A program made the translations under genes and the position numbers. The notes beneath the pieces were generated by a model that ran no database searches, was not told where the DNA came from, and worked only from the letters and a program-made list of their open reading frames with translations. From Zancudomyces culisetae HAW-14-8 (Eukaryota > Fungi > Kickxellomycota), in contig JBNJNM010000021.1 of NCBI GenBank assembly GCA_052426225.1, forward strand, positions 2,294,001 to 2,358,000: a DNA stretch of 64,000 nucleotides. The letters run 5' to 3'. Numbering within the stretch: the stretch's first letter is position 1; every line of letters starts with the position of its first letter. Shown piece after piece: positions 63,135-64,000 of this stretch.

Positions 63135-63542
63135 TGTCAAGATCTGGAGTCGGTAGTTATATTTTATGTTAAAAAGTTTATTTTATGAATGTATAGAAGA
63201 TACTAGTTACTAAATCCTTGAACAAAAATCGTAAATTTTTAATACTTTTTCTGCTATTAGTTTCGATATTCCAATAATCAAAAACTAAAAGAAATAGAAT
63301 GTAATAGAAAAGATGAGTGAATTTGAATAAATTGTGCTTATGAATCAAGTTGAATTAGTAATCAAAATAAAGTCGATATCGATGGCTGAAAAAATTAAAC
63401 ATATAAAATTAATACAAAATAAAAAATCTATAAGAAAGTTCTGAAATGTTCTAGAATGTTGGGGAACATTCTAAACATTACTGCGGATGTAAATCAGATG
63501 ATTCTAGAACGTTTTCGAACATTCTAGAATCAGTTCATGACA
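63135..63542 (-). mobile_element. 3' LTR (408 bp) of a chromovirus
   Basis: Termini TGTCAAGA / TCATGACA, preceded on the minus strand by the PPT AAGAGGGGAGG (63546-63556). Confidence 0.8.
63433..63530. promoter_or_regulatory. Two heat-shock-element (nGAAn) arrays in the LTR U3 region
   Basis: aGAAa gTTCt gAAAt gTTCt aGAAt gTTGg gGAAc aTTCt (63433-63472) and aTTCt aGAAc gTTTt cGAAc aTTCt aGAAt (63501-63530). Confidence 0.7.
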
Positions 63543-63554
63543 CGACCTCCCCTC

Positions 63555-64000
63555 TTAAGGCTGAGCTCCGTGAAGCATTTGTGTTGGCTTTGGTTTTTCA
63601 GGATGGTGACGATGGAATTCAGTGACAAGATATTTTGCATTTGCTAAGTCAGAATATGTTTGCCAGGTACGTTCAGTGTCTGGGTATCCTTTCCAGTGTA
63701 CCAGGTATTTGACAGTTCTACCAAATATTTTACTATCTAGGATTTTCTCAACTTCATATTCTTCTTGGCCATCAATAATCACAGGTAGAAGTGGTTTTGA
63801 TGGTCTGTCTGGAATCAGATCTGGTTTACAAGGTTCAAGGAGATTGACGTGGAATACTGGGTAAATCTTCATTGTGTGTGGTAGCTGGAGTTTGTATGAT
63901 CTTTGTCCAATCTTTTCCAATACTTTGAATGGGCCAAGTTTCCGATAGTCAAGCTTCTTGCTTGGTCTTTGAGTCCTGATGTTTTTAGTTGAGAGATAGA
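63555..64000 (-). CDS. Integrase C-terminus (GPF motif plus chromodomain) of a Ty3/gypsy chromovirus; partial
   Basis: KKLDYRKLGPFKV...IYPVFHVNLLEP...EYEVEKILDSK...YLVHWKGYPDTERTW. Confidence 0.93.
   Translation of the reverse strand, partial: YLSTKNIRTQRPSKKLDYRKLGPFKVLEKIGQRSYKLQLPHTMKIYPVFHVNLLEPCKPDLIPDRPSKPLLPVIIDGQEEYEVEKILDSKIFGRTVKYLVHWKGYPDTERTWQTYSDLANAKYLVTEFHRHHPEKPKPTQMLHGAQP

Noticed and set aside
63000-63135. tRNA targeting by the chromovirus
   Set aside because: No tRNA gene at the visible flank; the other flank is outside the window.

Overview
AT-rich, intron-containing eukaryotic DNA from a fungus. Gene set, composition and short GT-AG introns suggest an early-diverging lineage such as Kickxellomycotina/Harpellales (inference only). 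About 22 host genes: VPS24, CWC15, a MEF2-type MADS-box factor, RAD17, a DM9-repeat protein, an HSL-type hydrolase, an LMBR1-domain protein, an MFS transporter, a trypsin-like pseudo-protease, a Stm1/HABP4 protein, a PDI, ARP2, a GH47 mannosidase, an LYR protein, MsrA, AP-1 sigma, proteasome alpha-4, HSF, ILV3, a putative glycosyltransferase, MOG1 and a RING-H2 protein. There are three tRNA genes (Gly-TCC, Lys-TTT, intron-containing Tyr-GTA). The main finding is that all three tRNA genes have an LTR terminus 7-15 bp upstream. In front of tRNA-Lys, four different LTR families are stacked end to end: three solo LTRs and one full-length Ty3/gypsy element with identical LTRs. The spacers are reproduced by a model of sequential insertion with 4-bp TSDs, which points to a multi-family, Pol III-gene-targeted retrotransposon system. 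Also present: a chromovirus whose LTR carries heat-shock-element arrays, a tandem pair of 5'-truncated LINE 3' ends, and a probable GC-AG intron next to a 17-nt microexon. All coordinates and alignments were read by eye.
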